Below, piece by piece: positions 22,320 to 33,930 of a stretch of 39,413 nucleotides of DNA. The position numbers and the translations under genes were made by a program. The stretch lies in the NCBI RefSeq assembly GCF_001194135.2, contig NC_069006.1, positions 23,958,609-23,998,021 of the forward strand, given 5' to 3'. Under the pieces are notes generated by a model that ran no database searches, was not told the DNA's origin, and saw only the letters and a program-made list of their open reading frames with translations. The DNA comes from Octopus bimaculoides (taxonomy: Eukaryota). How positions within the stretch are numbered: position 1 is the stretch's first letter; each line of letters opens with the position of its first letter.

Positions 22320-22497
22320 GATGTGATGGAGGCATTAAAAGGCATCCCTTTGCAAGAGTTGCAGCAGAAAACATGCCTGGACTGATGCATTACTTCAAAT
22401 GGAGAATATTTTGAAGGTGATAAAAGTGTAAACATGTAAAACTAAGTGGATAAAATAATATTGTGAAATTCCGGTTTCTTTTGGGTACTCCCCTGTA
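22320..22497 (+). mobile_element. mariner transposon 3' end with TIR and TA target
   Basis: VMEALKGIPLQELQ-QKTCLD*CITSNGEYFEGDK is the mariner C-terminus (..WKKR.DKCIASNGEYFEGD type). Terminal ATTCCGGTTTCTTTTGGGTACTCCCCTG + TA (22496-22497). The 5' side is lost in the gap and (TA)n. Confidence 0.85.
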
Positions 22498-22569
22498 CAT
22501 GAATACATACACACACACACACACACACATACATACATATATATATAACACCATGCATACAAGTCTCTA

Positions 22570-23012
22570 TGTGGTTGTTCAACCTGTTAATGCAATTTGC
22601 AATGTTCAAAGACACTGAATGGTAAAGAGGAAGGACACATTAAATGATGCAGTCCCAGGTACACAATATCCAAAAAAGTAGATGAGATGGTCACCATTTG
22701 GTCATAGGTTCTGCTCAATCATTACTGACCTGGGGCTGAACAACAAAATCAACAACAACAGCAACAACAACTACACATGATACAACACAGAAGCCTTTCT
22801 TGTTGCTTGATCTGCTAGAAATAGCAGTCAAATCTCCCTCAAACTATATCTTACTGTTTAACAAAAAAACACAGGAACGACACATTAAATAATGTAGTCT
22901 CAGGTACACAATACCTAAAAAATAGATGAGATGGACGATGTTGGAATGCATTTGATCATGGGTTCTGCTCAGTCATTAATGTCCCGGGGTTAAACAACAA
23001 CAACAACAACTA
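22570..23012 (+). mobile_element. Two tandem degenerate copies of a (CAA)n-tailed SINE-like repeat (family F)
   Basis: Shared GACACATTAAAT..T.CAGT..CAGGTACACAATA....AAAA.TAGATGAGATGG...GGTTCTGCTCA.TCATTA..G.CC.GGGG.T.AACAAC in 22570-22770 and 22790-23012; an inverted fragment (CTATTTCTAGCAGA) lies at ~21045-21110. Confidence 0.7.
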
Positions 23013-24454
23013 CGACATACTTATGAACACCATAGCCCCACATCCACATTACATTCGCCCCCTTCTAAGGCAGGGCAGGGTGGCAACAGATTGATTATGT
23101 TGGAATATTAAGAGGGGTTAAGAAGAAAAGTGTTGGGTGTCACAGAATTGCTCCCTAAATGATTCTCAATCTCACGTTTCCTCCTTGTACCGGAAACTCC
23201 TTTGATAATATGTGAGCTTGCTCTTTCTCCTCTCCCGCTCCACCCCAGGCTCTCCACTGCCAGGCATCGTCTTACTTCTTCCCTCGTTAACCCAGGCAAA
23301 AAAAGAAAAAACAAAAACAAAAACAAACAAGAAAACTCTAGAGACTAAAAAAAAAAATTATTGTATGTATTTAACACAATTATGTATGGTAATTAGTAAT
23401 TTGAAATAAAAACATTAGTTAATTTGATTTTCTTTTATATGTGTTTTAAACATTCTATATAATATCATATTAACAAATATTTTCATGTTTGCATTAAAAA
23501 ATTGTCTGCTAATTATAAAACATAGACAACAAACATACATATACACATACACCTATACATACACCTTTTCTTATACACACACACACACATTTAAATGTAC
23601 AAAGAAAGGAAAGGTGAACTCAACACACTGTATATGACTTATATTTGAAAATTAAAAGTTATCGGAAGAAACAGGCAGAATGTTAAGCTATGTAATTGTA
23701 GTGAATGTCTTTCCGAGAAATTATATACTAAAGCCTTCCACATTGTCCATTACCAGAAAATCTAGACAAAGATCTCTGGCAATTATTGATGAGGTTCTCT
23801 GGTAAAGAAAGCGTAAACAGAATATTGCAGAAAGTGGAGAGTGCTCGTCTGTGGCACTGTGATGTGATCTGTGGCACTTTTCTGGAAAGGATATTTGTTT
23901 CTTTCTGTCTGACTGTTTATCTATGCAATAGAAGGTGCATAGAAAATGCTTGACAGTACAGTAACCTAAAGGACCATAAGTAGTGAGGGAGTTGGGGAGA
24001 TGAACAACTATATGCATGTAAGTCAGCAGATGTGTGTGTGTGTGTGAGCATGTATGCCCATGTGTATGTGAGAAGGTGTTTGAATGAGTCTGACTATGTA
24101 TATGTATGTCAGTGAAAAGTAAAGAGTGTGTGTGTATGTGCGCGGGTATCTGGTGTATACAGATTAAAATGGAAATGTAAAGAATGAGAAAAATTAAGTC
24201 AAACAATGTATTTTGTGGTGTGAAAAAATGAATTAGAGCAGTGAGAAATTTAGAGAAGAATAAACTATGTGACCTTCAATTTCTTGTTCTTTTTTCATTC
24301 TTTTCAAACTGGTTTTATGTACATTTTTTCATGTTAACACTATAAAAGCCTAGCGTGAATGATTTCTGACACTTGAACACAATTATGTGGCAGGCAAATA
24401 ATTATATTATATGGTTGCTGCAGAATTATTGGTATTTGAATAACCACAACAATG

Positions 24455-24680
24455 ATAATAATAATAATAATAATAATAATCCTTTCTGCTATTGGCACAA
24501 GGCCTGAAATTTTGGGGGAAGGAGGAAGTTGACTACATTGACTCCAGTATTTATTTTCATCAACCCCGAAAGGATGAAAGGCAAAGCTGACCTTGGCGGA
24601 ATTTGAACTTAGTAAGGACAGATGAAATGCCACAAAGCATTTTGCCTGGCATACTAACGATTCTGCCAGCTCGTTGCCTT
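24455..24680 (-). mobile_element. tRNA-derived SINE, family C with (TTA)n tail; a second 3'-only fragment lies at 24730-24792
   Basis: Homologous to 5058-5272 and 32136-32352. Confidence 0.88.
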
Positions 24681-25493
24681 AATAATAATAATAACATCAA
24701 TAACAACAATAAGGACAATCATAATTAATAATGGTTTCAAATTTTGGTACAAGGCCAGCAATTTTGGGGGAGGGGATGAGTCAATTACATCGAAAGTTTG
24801 CGAAATGTTTTGTTGAGTGAGTGTAGTGTAAAACAAGAGGCAAAACAAATAATTAATTTGAAGGTTTGTTTTCAGTGTTACTGTTGGTGAAACAGATTTA
24901 TTCTGTAATAGGAGACTTATTTTAATGGACTGAACACACGATTTGTGCAACCAGATTATAAGAAGAATAAAATTTAAAAAACAATAACAAAATAACCAGC
25001 ATGATATTTGAGATAGTTTCAATTTACCAGTTTGCAAAACAAAACAAAACAGCAAAAAAAAAAAGTGTTGTCATGGGCAACGATCAATTACTGTTTTTCT
25101 GTTAATTTTAATTACATAAGCATTTTGTTTGTTTCTTGTATTTTTGTCTTAATTTTTTTTTTATCAAACAGAGCAAAGTCTAAGAAGTAGCAAGACTCCT
25201 GATTATCAAAACGAAGGCAAACCATCAATTTGGGGGTCGTTAATACCAGTCTCTTGTTTCACAAATGTCTTTTAAGAAAGTTATGAGTATCACCTAATCT
25301 TGTTCACCCCTTTTATAAATTTCTACCCTTGACTGCATTTCAAATATTCCTCCACCCAAACTCTGAGATAAAAAGATTATATTTGCCATAAATACAGGAA
25401 AATAGAAGCCTTATGCAATAAGGAAACTATTGTAGAATATCCTACACAGGGCTATAGATATTTATGGTAAAGAATAACAGTTATTAGTATAAT

Positions 25494-25639
25494 TGGCACT
25501 CCATTGGTTGGGACAAGGAGCTTCCCAGTTATCTGATCAACAGAACAGCCTGCTTGTGAAATTAATGTGCAAGCAGCTGAGCACTTCACAGACCCTTAAT
25601 GTAGGTCCCAGGGAGAACCACTAGACCACGTGCCTCCAC
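25494..25639 (-). mobile_element. SINE family A, old internally deleted copy (5' tip joined to 3' half)
   Basis: GTGGAGGCACGTGGTCTAGTGG head tip followed by GAAGTGCTCAGCTGCTTGCACATTAATTTCACAAGCAGGCTGTTCTG...GGAGTGCCA. Confidence 0.75.
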
Positions 25640-25777
25640 TACCCTAGAATACCATTCTAAAATTAACAGTTACCTCATCAAAATCTCAAAGCTATGAGAT
25701 AATACCTGATTAATTCAAAACATAATGAATAAATAAGCATTACTTTTGAGAGAATAATATGAATGCTAAAGGGTTAA
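25640..25777 (-). mobile_element. piggyBac-like MITE terminus
   Basis: Minus strand begins TTAA + CCCTTTAGCATTC (TTAA target plus a CCY terminus); the other end was not found. Confidence 0.4.
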
Positions 25778-26519
25778 ATGATTGCAGGAGCACTCAACTG
25801 AATAATCTGTGGATGTCCAGTCTCAGCCAAGAAAGAATGCTTTTTCAGGTCTGACAGGGTTGGGGGCTTCATGTGCAATGGAAGTTTGACCAGCATTATG
25901 TGGTGTAAACATACAATTTTGCAGCTGCAGTAGAGTTAGTGGTGCCAGTTGGAACTGCCTCAAGACTAAACAACAACAACAACAAGACAAAAGCAGCAGC
26001 AGTGGCAACAACAACAACAACAACAATAACAACAGCAAGACGAAGAGCAACAGCAACAGGTGTTGATTTGCTATGATTTCAAGCAAAACATTGATGGCAC
26101 CAATCTCACTGCTCTTGGAGGTATGGCGAAGGCCATGCATGGGTGGAACTGCTCCACCCTCAGGACCCAGCAAATAAAAATATATATAAAAAAAAAAACA
26201 ACATATGGAAGAACTATAGGACTGACTGTAAGATGTGAAACAACTCTGACAGGTGTTTTTTTTTATTTATTTATTATGATAGCCCCCATCCCCAATTAAT
26301 TACTGGTACACAATGTGACAAGGTGGAACTAAAGCAAGCAGCCAGCCTCAAAGACAAGCTGTATTGGTACCAAGGATTGCCCAGCTCACGTTTCAGGAGA
26401 TTGGGGGCAGAAGGGTTATGTAGGGGCCCCGTGAGTACAAGTACCTTGCCTCCAGACCAATCTAATAAAAAAAAAAAAAAAAATAAACGTCATGTGTGTT
26501 CTCCAAACTGTCTTGTAGT

Positions 26520-26790
26520 AGTGGTGGTAATAGTAGTAGTAATAATCGTAGCAGTAATAGTAGTAATAGTAGGAGTAGGAGCAGCAAGGGAGAAGAGGAA
26601 GCAGAAGCAAAGAAAGAGAAGGAAACAACAAAGATGGAAAAGAAGAAGAAAAAGATGATGAAGGAGATGAAGAAGAAAACAGTAAAGAAGTTGAAGAAGA
26701 AGAAAAAAAGGGAGATGAAGAAGACGATAACGATGGCAAAGAAAGAGAAAATGAAGAATAAAGAGGAGGAGGTGGAGAAGAAAGAGTGGT
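26520..26790. repeat. (TAG)n then (GAA/GAT)n purine-rich low-complexity DNA
   Basis: Directly visible; source of the Ser/Lys/Glu-rich ORFs. Confidence 0.9.
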
Positions 26791-27103
26791 GGGGATGGAC
26801 GGGGGAAAAAGCAACAGAGTCTCCAGTTTCACCAAATTACACACTGCAGTCCAATCAATAAGATTCGAATGACCCAACTGACCTACAAAAATCAGGGCCA
26901 CCCCGTACATTGGTAAACTAGATACAATGTTGTTGTTTAGTAGTTTTAAACTGGTACACTGGATGTATATATATATATATATATATATGTGTGCTGTTTA
27001 GTAGTTTTCCACAACTTTTAGATTATAGTTATCGTACGCTTTCAGATTTTAAACTTGTAGTCAGACTTAACAAACACAGATGTTAATAGATTACTCACAC
27101 ACA

Positions 27104-27475
27104 CATCATCATCGTTGTTTAACGTCCACTGTCCATGCTGGCATGGGTTGGACGGTTTGACTGAGGACTGGCAAGCCAGAATGCTGGACCAGATGCCAAT
27201 CTGATCTGGCAAAAGTTTCTACAGCTGGGTGCCCTTCCTAGCGCTAACCACTCCGAGGGTGTAGTGGGTGCTTTTTACATGCCACTGGCACAGGACTAGT
27301 CAGGCAACACTGGCATCGACCACGCTCGAATGGTGCTTTTTATGTGTCACTGGCATCGGCCACAACAATGGCTTCACTTGACTCAATAGGTCTCCTCAAG
27401 CACAGTTTATTGCCCAATGATTGAAGGGTACTCTTAAATGGGCTGGTTATGCTGCACTGGTATAGGCCATGGTTA
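27104..27475 (-). mobile_element. SINE family D, 3' portion
   Basis: (CAT)n-CGTTGTTTAACGTCCACTGTCCATGCTGGCATGGGTTGGACGG... matches 9490-9729. Confidence 0.88.
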
Positions 27476-27769
27476 TATATAGTCTTAACTTGATATCCTT
27501 CGATTTGACTCTTTAAAGATTTTCTTTTATACACACACACACACATATAAATTTTAACATCTTCTCTTCTCCATTTTTAACAAATTTGTTGAGTTCTATG
27601 GGATACCTTTCCATAAATTCACATAGCACACCATATACAAATATCATTTTCACATTCGCAAACTTCTACTAGTAAAATATGAAGAATCTTTATTAGAAAT
27701 CATTTTTTGGAACCGTCCAAATTAAAGGACGAAATATAATTCAACCTTTTCACTCATATGTATACATAT

Positions 27770-27993
27770 ATGCATGCGCTGGTGTCACATAAAAAGCATC
27801 TGTACTGGTGCTGTGCAAAAGCACCCAGTACACTCTGTAAAATGGTTGGAGTTAGGAAGGGAATCCAGCCCTAGAAACCATGCCAAAACGGACAGCTGGA
27901 GCCTGAACAGCCCTTCAGCTGATCACCTGCTGTCAAACCGTCCAACCCATGCCAGCATGGAAAATGGATGTTAAATGATGATGACGACGATGA
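27770..27993 (+). mobile_element. SINE family D-related 3' portion, diverged
   Basis: AAAAGCACCCAGTACACTCTGTAAAATGGTTGGAGTTAGGAAGGGAATCCAGCC...CCGTCCAACCCATGCCAGCATGGAAAATGGATGTTAAATGATGATG. Confidence 0.85.
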
Positions 27994-28724
27994 CAATGTA
28001 TGTGTGTGTGTATATATGTATGTATACATGTACATAAATTCTCCATCATTTTTACTGTTATTTGCCAATTTATATTCAAATCTAGAAAAAATTTCATAGT
28101 TGTTGATTGTTTGTGATACAACAATATTCCATCTAATGACTAACTCTCATAATGTCCTACAGTTGGCTACCCTTGTTAACAAAAGTAAAAAAGAAAAAAA
28201 GTGGTGGCCCAATTAATGACAATGGTTACCTTAATACCTTTGCCTCCCATCATCCCCCACCCACCATTATTTACATCAAAGTGTAAGTGACAGAATCATT
28301 TGTCTGGAAAATTCTCATGAAAGACTTTCCCCGCACCCCCGTTGATATCTGGTGATTTTCCGAGAGAAGAAAGAAGGGACTTAAATGTATCAAAACACAT
28401 TTGATGGCAACAATTACCTGAATGAGAATACAGCAAAATGTACAATAAAAAAAAAAAATCTAATTAAAGGTGTACTACCTGAACCAGGTGAGTTTTATAA
28501 GACAGGTAATAAAGACCGTGGAAAACTGAGTCAGTAATATAGGTTTGATTCCTTGATTACTCTTGCCATTGTACCTACCTTAATCATTGGTTCAGGCATA
28601 AACATCACAGCTTCTATTTTCCCTTATCTACAAATTCAATAGAACTGATCTCCTGCTGAGAGAAGTAATTGATTATGAGGGGATCAAATAATCGTTCCCT
28701 TACATTATTGATTTATATATGTTT

Positions 28725-28960
28725 TCATTCTTTTATTGGTTTTGGTCATGATGGAGCACCACCTTAAAGGGCGGCTTGGTCAAATGTATTGATCTCAGTA
28801 CTTACTGATCCTGTTGAACCTAGAAAGAATCATGTGCAAATCGGATTTAACATAAAAGGGACATAACTCAAGTAGAAGTAGATTTTATTATTTTCATTTC
28901 ATTTTCATTTTATCCAGTTTCAGCTCATGAGCTGTGGCCATGCTGGGGCACCGCCACTTT
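28725..28960 (-). mobile_element. Degenerate SINE B/C-related 3' fragments
   Basis: GGTCATGATGGAGCACCACC and GCTGTGGCCATGCTGGGGCACCGCC resemble the inverted 3' end of family B. Confidence 0.55.
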
Positions 28961-29828
28961 GTGTTGCTACACAATTTTACTTCAGGAATTGACATTTGGT
29001 GCATGAGAGAGTTTGATGCAGCTGCTCTCATCTGCACCTCCTGCCGTGAAGTTGATTCATCTGGGACACCTGACAGATATATTTTTTTTGGTTCACTGAT
29101 TCTGTTCATACCACACACGTNNNNNNNNNNNNNNNNNNNNNNNNNNNNNNNNNNNNNNNNNNNNNNNNNNNNNNNNNNNNNNNNNNNNNNNNNNNNNNNN
29201 NNNNNNNNNNNNNNNNNNNNNNNNNNNNNNNNNNNNNNNNNNNNNNNNNNNNNNNNNNNNNNNNNNNNNNNNNNNNNNNNNNNNNNNNNNNNNNNNNNNN
29301 NNNNNNNNNNNNNNNNNNNNNNNNNNNNNNNNNNNNNNNNNNNNNNNNNNNNNNNNNNNNNNNNNNNNNNNNNNNNNNNNNNNNNNNNNNNNNNNNNNNN
29401 NNNNNNNNNNNNNNNNNNNNNNNNNNNNNNNNNNNNNNNNNNNNNNNNNNNNNNNNNNNNNNNNNNNNNNNNNNNNNNNNNNNNNNNNNNNNNNNNNNNN
29501 NNNNNNNNNNNNNNNNNNNNNNNNNNNNNNNNNNNNNNNNNNNNNNNNNNNNNNNNNNNNNNNNNNNNNNNNNNNNNNNNNNNNNNNNNNNNNNNNNNNN
29601 NNNNNNNNNNNNNNNNNNNNNNNNNNNNNNNNNNNNNNNNNNNNNNNNNNNNNNNNNNNNNNNNNNNNNNNNNNNNNNNNNNNNNNNNNNNNNNNNNNNN
29701 NNNNNNNNNNNNNNNNNNNNNNNNNNNNNNNNNNNNNNNNNNNNNNNNNNNNNNNNNNNNNNNNNNNNNNNNNNNNNNNNNNNNNNNNNNNNNNNNNNNN
29801 NNNNNNNNNNNNNNNNNNNNNNNNNNNN

Positions 29829-29881
<53 letters not shown>

Positions 29882-30285
29882 CAAATACACACACATATAT
29901 GCATCCATCCATCCATACATATATCTTTACAGTTGTGAATATGAAAACAACTAACCCCGCCCCCCGTACCACCGAGATGTCTGTCTGATACTCACATATT
30001 TTATTCCAGTCAAACTCTTTAGATTCTTTGATCATGAAAAATATTAAAGTCAGTACCTGCCCTATTTTATAAGGTCTGCCCTATTTCTGGATGGAATTCA
30101 GAAGGGGGAAGAAAACGGAACAACAACAACAACAATCACAGCAGTATAACTAGTGGAAGGTATCTTCGAAAAGGGAGTGTCAACCGACGACGTTACTACG
30201 GTGTGTATGTGTATGTTGCATACTCTCTCTCCTGCACACTTTATATATACATATATATATACACACATACATATATGTATGTATG

Positions 30286-30328
<43 letters not shown>

Positions 30329-30554
30329 NNNNNNNNNNNNNNNNNNNNNNNNNNNNNNNNNNNNNNNNNNNNNNNNNNNNNNNNNNNNNNNNNNNNNNNN
30401 NNNNNNNNNNNNNNNNNNNNNNNNNNNNNNNNNNNNNNNNNNNNNNNNNNNNNNNNNNNNNNNNNNNNTGTGTGTGTGTGTGTGTGCACGTGCATGTGTG
30501 TTTTTGTGTGTGCATATACACATAAACACACTGACACATATATACATATGTATG

Positions 30555-30715
30555 CATAGATAGATAGATGGAGAGAGGTAGATAGATAGACAGACAGACT
30601 GATAGACAGACAGACTGATAGATAGATAGACAGACAGATGGATAGATAGACAGACCGATAGGTAGATAGACTGACACATGGATGGATGGATAAATAGATA
30701 GATAGAGAGAGAGAG
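30555..30715. repeat. (TAGA/CAGA)n microsatellite
   Basis: Directly visible. Confidence 0.95.
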
Positions 30716-31029
30716 AGTCTAGGCAGAGTTCAAGAAAGAGACCATATAAGAGGAGGAGGAGGAGGAAGAGAAGATAACTGAAGACGAAGAGGAAGAGAGA
30801 ATGCATATGCATGTTTGTGCAAGTGTGTGTGTGTGTGTATGGCGTGTCATGTGTAATGATAGAAAGAGAATCTATGTGAGGTATGTGTGTATATTGCAGA
30901 AAGAAAGAAAGAGAGAAAATAAGCATGCATTGTATGTGGACATGTTTCCATGGAAACGGAGGGAGAGAGAGCAAAAGAGAGGGAGATTGAATGCATGTGT
31001 GAATGTGTGTGTGTATAGAATGTGACAGT

Positions 31030-31061
<32 letters not shown>

Positions 31062-31829
31062 AGGTGCATTGCTGTGTTTTTCTGTTTTTGTGTATTTTTA
31101 AGATAATTTTTGTCACATGAGGCAGAGGAGTGATAGCCATGTCAGCTCAGCCGTCGTCGTCATCGTCATCGTTCGAAGCCCCTCCACCACCCCCGACCCG
31201 AATTAGTAAAACTGATACAGCTGACTGATGTTCACTTTTTAGACTCTTCTATATACGTTGACATCTACAGGGAAACGTGAGCAGAGAAAATACTAGGGGC
31301 CAGGGTTGTAGGTTTGTAGTTCTGGGAATAAACGGTGGGTCGGCAGTGTGTGGCACTGGTGGGGCTGCTCAAGAGAAATCTGGTGGACTGAAGTGGAGGA
31401 GGGCATGTGTATGTGTGGTGGTGGTGGTGGTGGGGATAGTTGGTATACCCCGTTTTGTAGTTTAAGGGTGCAACAACTGTGGANNNNNNNNNNNNNNNNN
31501 NNNNNNNNNNNNNNNNNNNNNNNNNNNNNNNNNNNNNNNNNNNNNNNNNNNNNNNNNNNNNNNNNNNNNNNNNNNNNNNNNNNNNNNNNNNNNNNNNNNN
31601 NNNNNNNNNNNNNNNNNNNNNNNNNNNNNNNNNNNNNNNNNNNNNNNNNNNNNNNNNNNNNNNNNNNNNNNNNNNNNNNNNNNNNNNNNNNNNNNNNNNN
31701 NNNNNNNNNNNNNNNNNNNNNNNNNNNNNNNNNNNNNNNNNNNNNNNNNNNNNNNNNNNNNNNNNNNNNNNNNNNNNNNNNNNNNNNNNNNNNNNNNNNN
31801 NNNNNNNNNNNNNNNNNNNNNNNNNNNNA

Positions 31830-32133
31830 AGGATTTTCGAGCGAGATCGTTGCCAGTGCCTCTGGACTGGCTCTTGTGCGGGTGGCACATAAAATACACC
31901 ATTTTGAGCGTGGCCGTTGCTAGTACCGCCTGACTGGCCTTCATGCGGGTGACACGTAAAAGCACCCACTACACTCTCGGAGTGGTTGGCGTTAGGAAGG
32001 GCATCCAGCTGTAGAAACTCTGCCAAATCAGATTGGAGCCTGGTGTAGCCATCTGGTTTCACCAGTCCTCAGTCAAATCGTCCAACCCATGCTAGCATGG
32101 AAAGCGGACGTTAAACGATGATGATGATGATGA
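31830..32133 (+). mobile_element. SINE family D, young copy (5' end in gap)
   Basis: Nearly identical to the reverse complement of 9490-9729; CpGs retained; (GAT)n tail. Confidence 0.92.
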
Positions 32134-32135
32134 TT

Positions 32136-32395
32136 CAGGTGGTGAGTTGGCAGTATCATTAGCATGTTGAAGGAAATACGTAGTGGCATTTCTTCTGACT
32201 GTTTATGTCCTGAGTTCAAATCTTGCTGAAGTCAACTTTGAATTTTATCCTTTTAGGGTCAATAAAATAATGTACAAGCCAAGTACTAGGGTCACTGTAA
32301 TCAATGAAACTACCCCCTCTAGGAATTGCTTACTTTGTGCCAAAATTTGAAAGAACTATTATCGCTGTTGTTGTTGTTATTATTATTATTATTTG
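32136..32395 (+). mobile_element. tRNA-derived SINE, family C, diverged, with (GTT/ATT)n tail
   Basis: AGGTGGTGAGTTGGCAG...GAGTTCAAATCTTGCTGAAGTCAACTTTG...TCAATAAAATAATGTAC...CCAAAATTTGAAA. Confidence 0.85.
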
Positions 32396-32489
32396 GAGTG
32401 GTGGTTTTGTTTGAGTATGAGAGTCAGACAAACTGAATGTTAAAACTGGACAAATTCCTTCACTTACAAGAAGTGGAATGATTTGAGGC

Positions 32490-32590
32490 TACGGTAAATC
32501 ACACTTGCCAGAAATGCAATACAATGAGAATTGAATCCAGGACCTTGGAATTGCCAAAAACGTTTTTTAACCATTTGGCCATGTTGCATC
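32490..32590 (-). mobile_element. Old tRNA-derived SINE head fragment
   Basis: Minus: CATGGCCAAATGGTTAA ... GGTCCTGGATTCAATTC (A/B-box remnants). Confidence 0.5.
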
Positions 32591-32623
32591 CATTTAAGTG
32601 TGTGCTTATAAGAGTGATTGTAT

Positions 32624-32674
<51 letters not shown>

Positions 32675-33867
32675 GACAATGGACGATGTTATTGAAAAAA
32701 GAGAGAAAAAGAAAACTAACAAAAGTTTTTATTCATAAGTTCCTGTGGAATTAGAAATATTTTTTCTCTCCCTATTTTAAGACACTAATAAACCAAAAAT
32801 ATTTCTATTTTTTTGTTTTTTTCCCTTGAGAGCACATTCCGAAATGGTTTCTGCTATTTTAAAATAACCATTACTTTGAAATTCCACAAGAAAATACTGA
32901 AATTCTCTTTGCTTGTTAGGTATTCCTAAGGTTTGCTCTCAATTCTGTTACTTCACCACTAGAATGTCTTTTGTATTATTCTTCAAGTCTTTGGGTTGCA
33001 CCACACACTTTGCCAGTCAAAGACAGAGAGCATACATATAGCAAAAAATGGAAAATGAAATATTGGAGATATTGGTAAAGGAAAGGTAATCGTTGTGGCT
33101 GAAGACTAGCCAATCCATTCACGTGAGCGATCGAGTGAAAGGTTGGTGGATCATAATTCTAACACCAGTCATTCATTAAAAGACACAGTCAGTACATTTA
33201 TTGATCAAGGTGAACGGGTGGATGGGACAGCATCTGTCTATTCCACCGTTCACAATGGACTGGTTCTATTATATAAGGTGTGAGAGGGTTTGGGGGAGGG
33301 CGTGAGAGTGAGGGTGAGAGAGAATAGGAGTGTGTGTGTGAGAGAGAGAGAGAGAAGGAAATCAGAGAAAAGTTCAAAGTATGGTAAATGGCATCACCTA
33401 GAACACATTCATCAGTGAGTAGACATATTCACACATACGTGCACATATATTGACATATACATATATATATAGAACATACAAGCACACACAAACAGAAAAT
33501 CACACATAAAAATATATACATACATACATACATGTATACACACCTACAATCAAGTAACCAAACACATTACATACACTTTCACACACACATATACATACAT
33601 ATTTATATACATACAATGTACTCCGTTGTCAGAATCAGGCAATCACATACACCACATACAGTTCCTTCATATGCATAACTACAATCAACCACACACACAC
33701 ACATGTACACATACACACACACTCAGGTATGATTAATGCAGATATACACGTGCGCAAACACATGAACATATGGAAAAATACACATGTGCACAAACACATA
33801 CACACACAGACAAACGCATATGTGCACACACTCAGGTAGACATATGCACACATATACGTGCACAAAG

Positions 33868-33930
<63 letters not shown>

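Noticed and set aside
247-22497. Idea that the mariner 5' relic and 3' relic are one element split by 21 kb of insertions
   Set aside because: The two TIR-like ends match at only about half of their positions; separate insertions are more parsimonious.
28455-28495. AAG|GTGTACTACCTGAACCAG|GTGAGT (VYYLNQ) microexon
   Set aside because: The upstream sequence is A-rich on this strand, so there is no pyrimidine tract.
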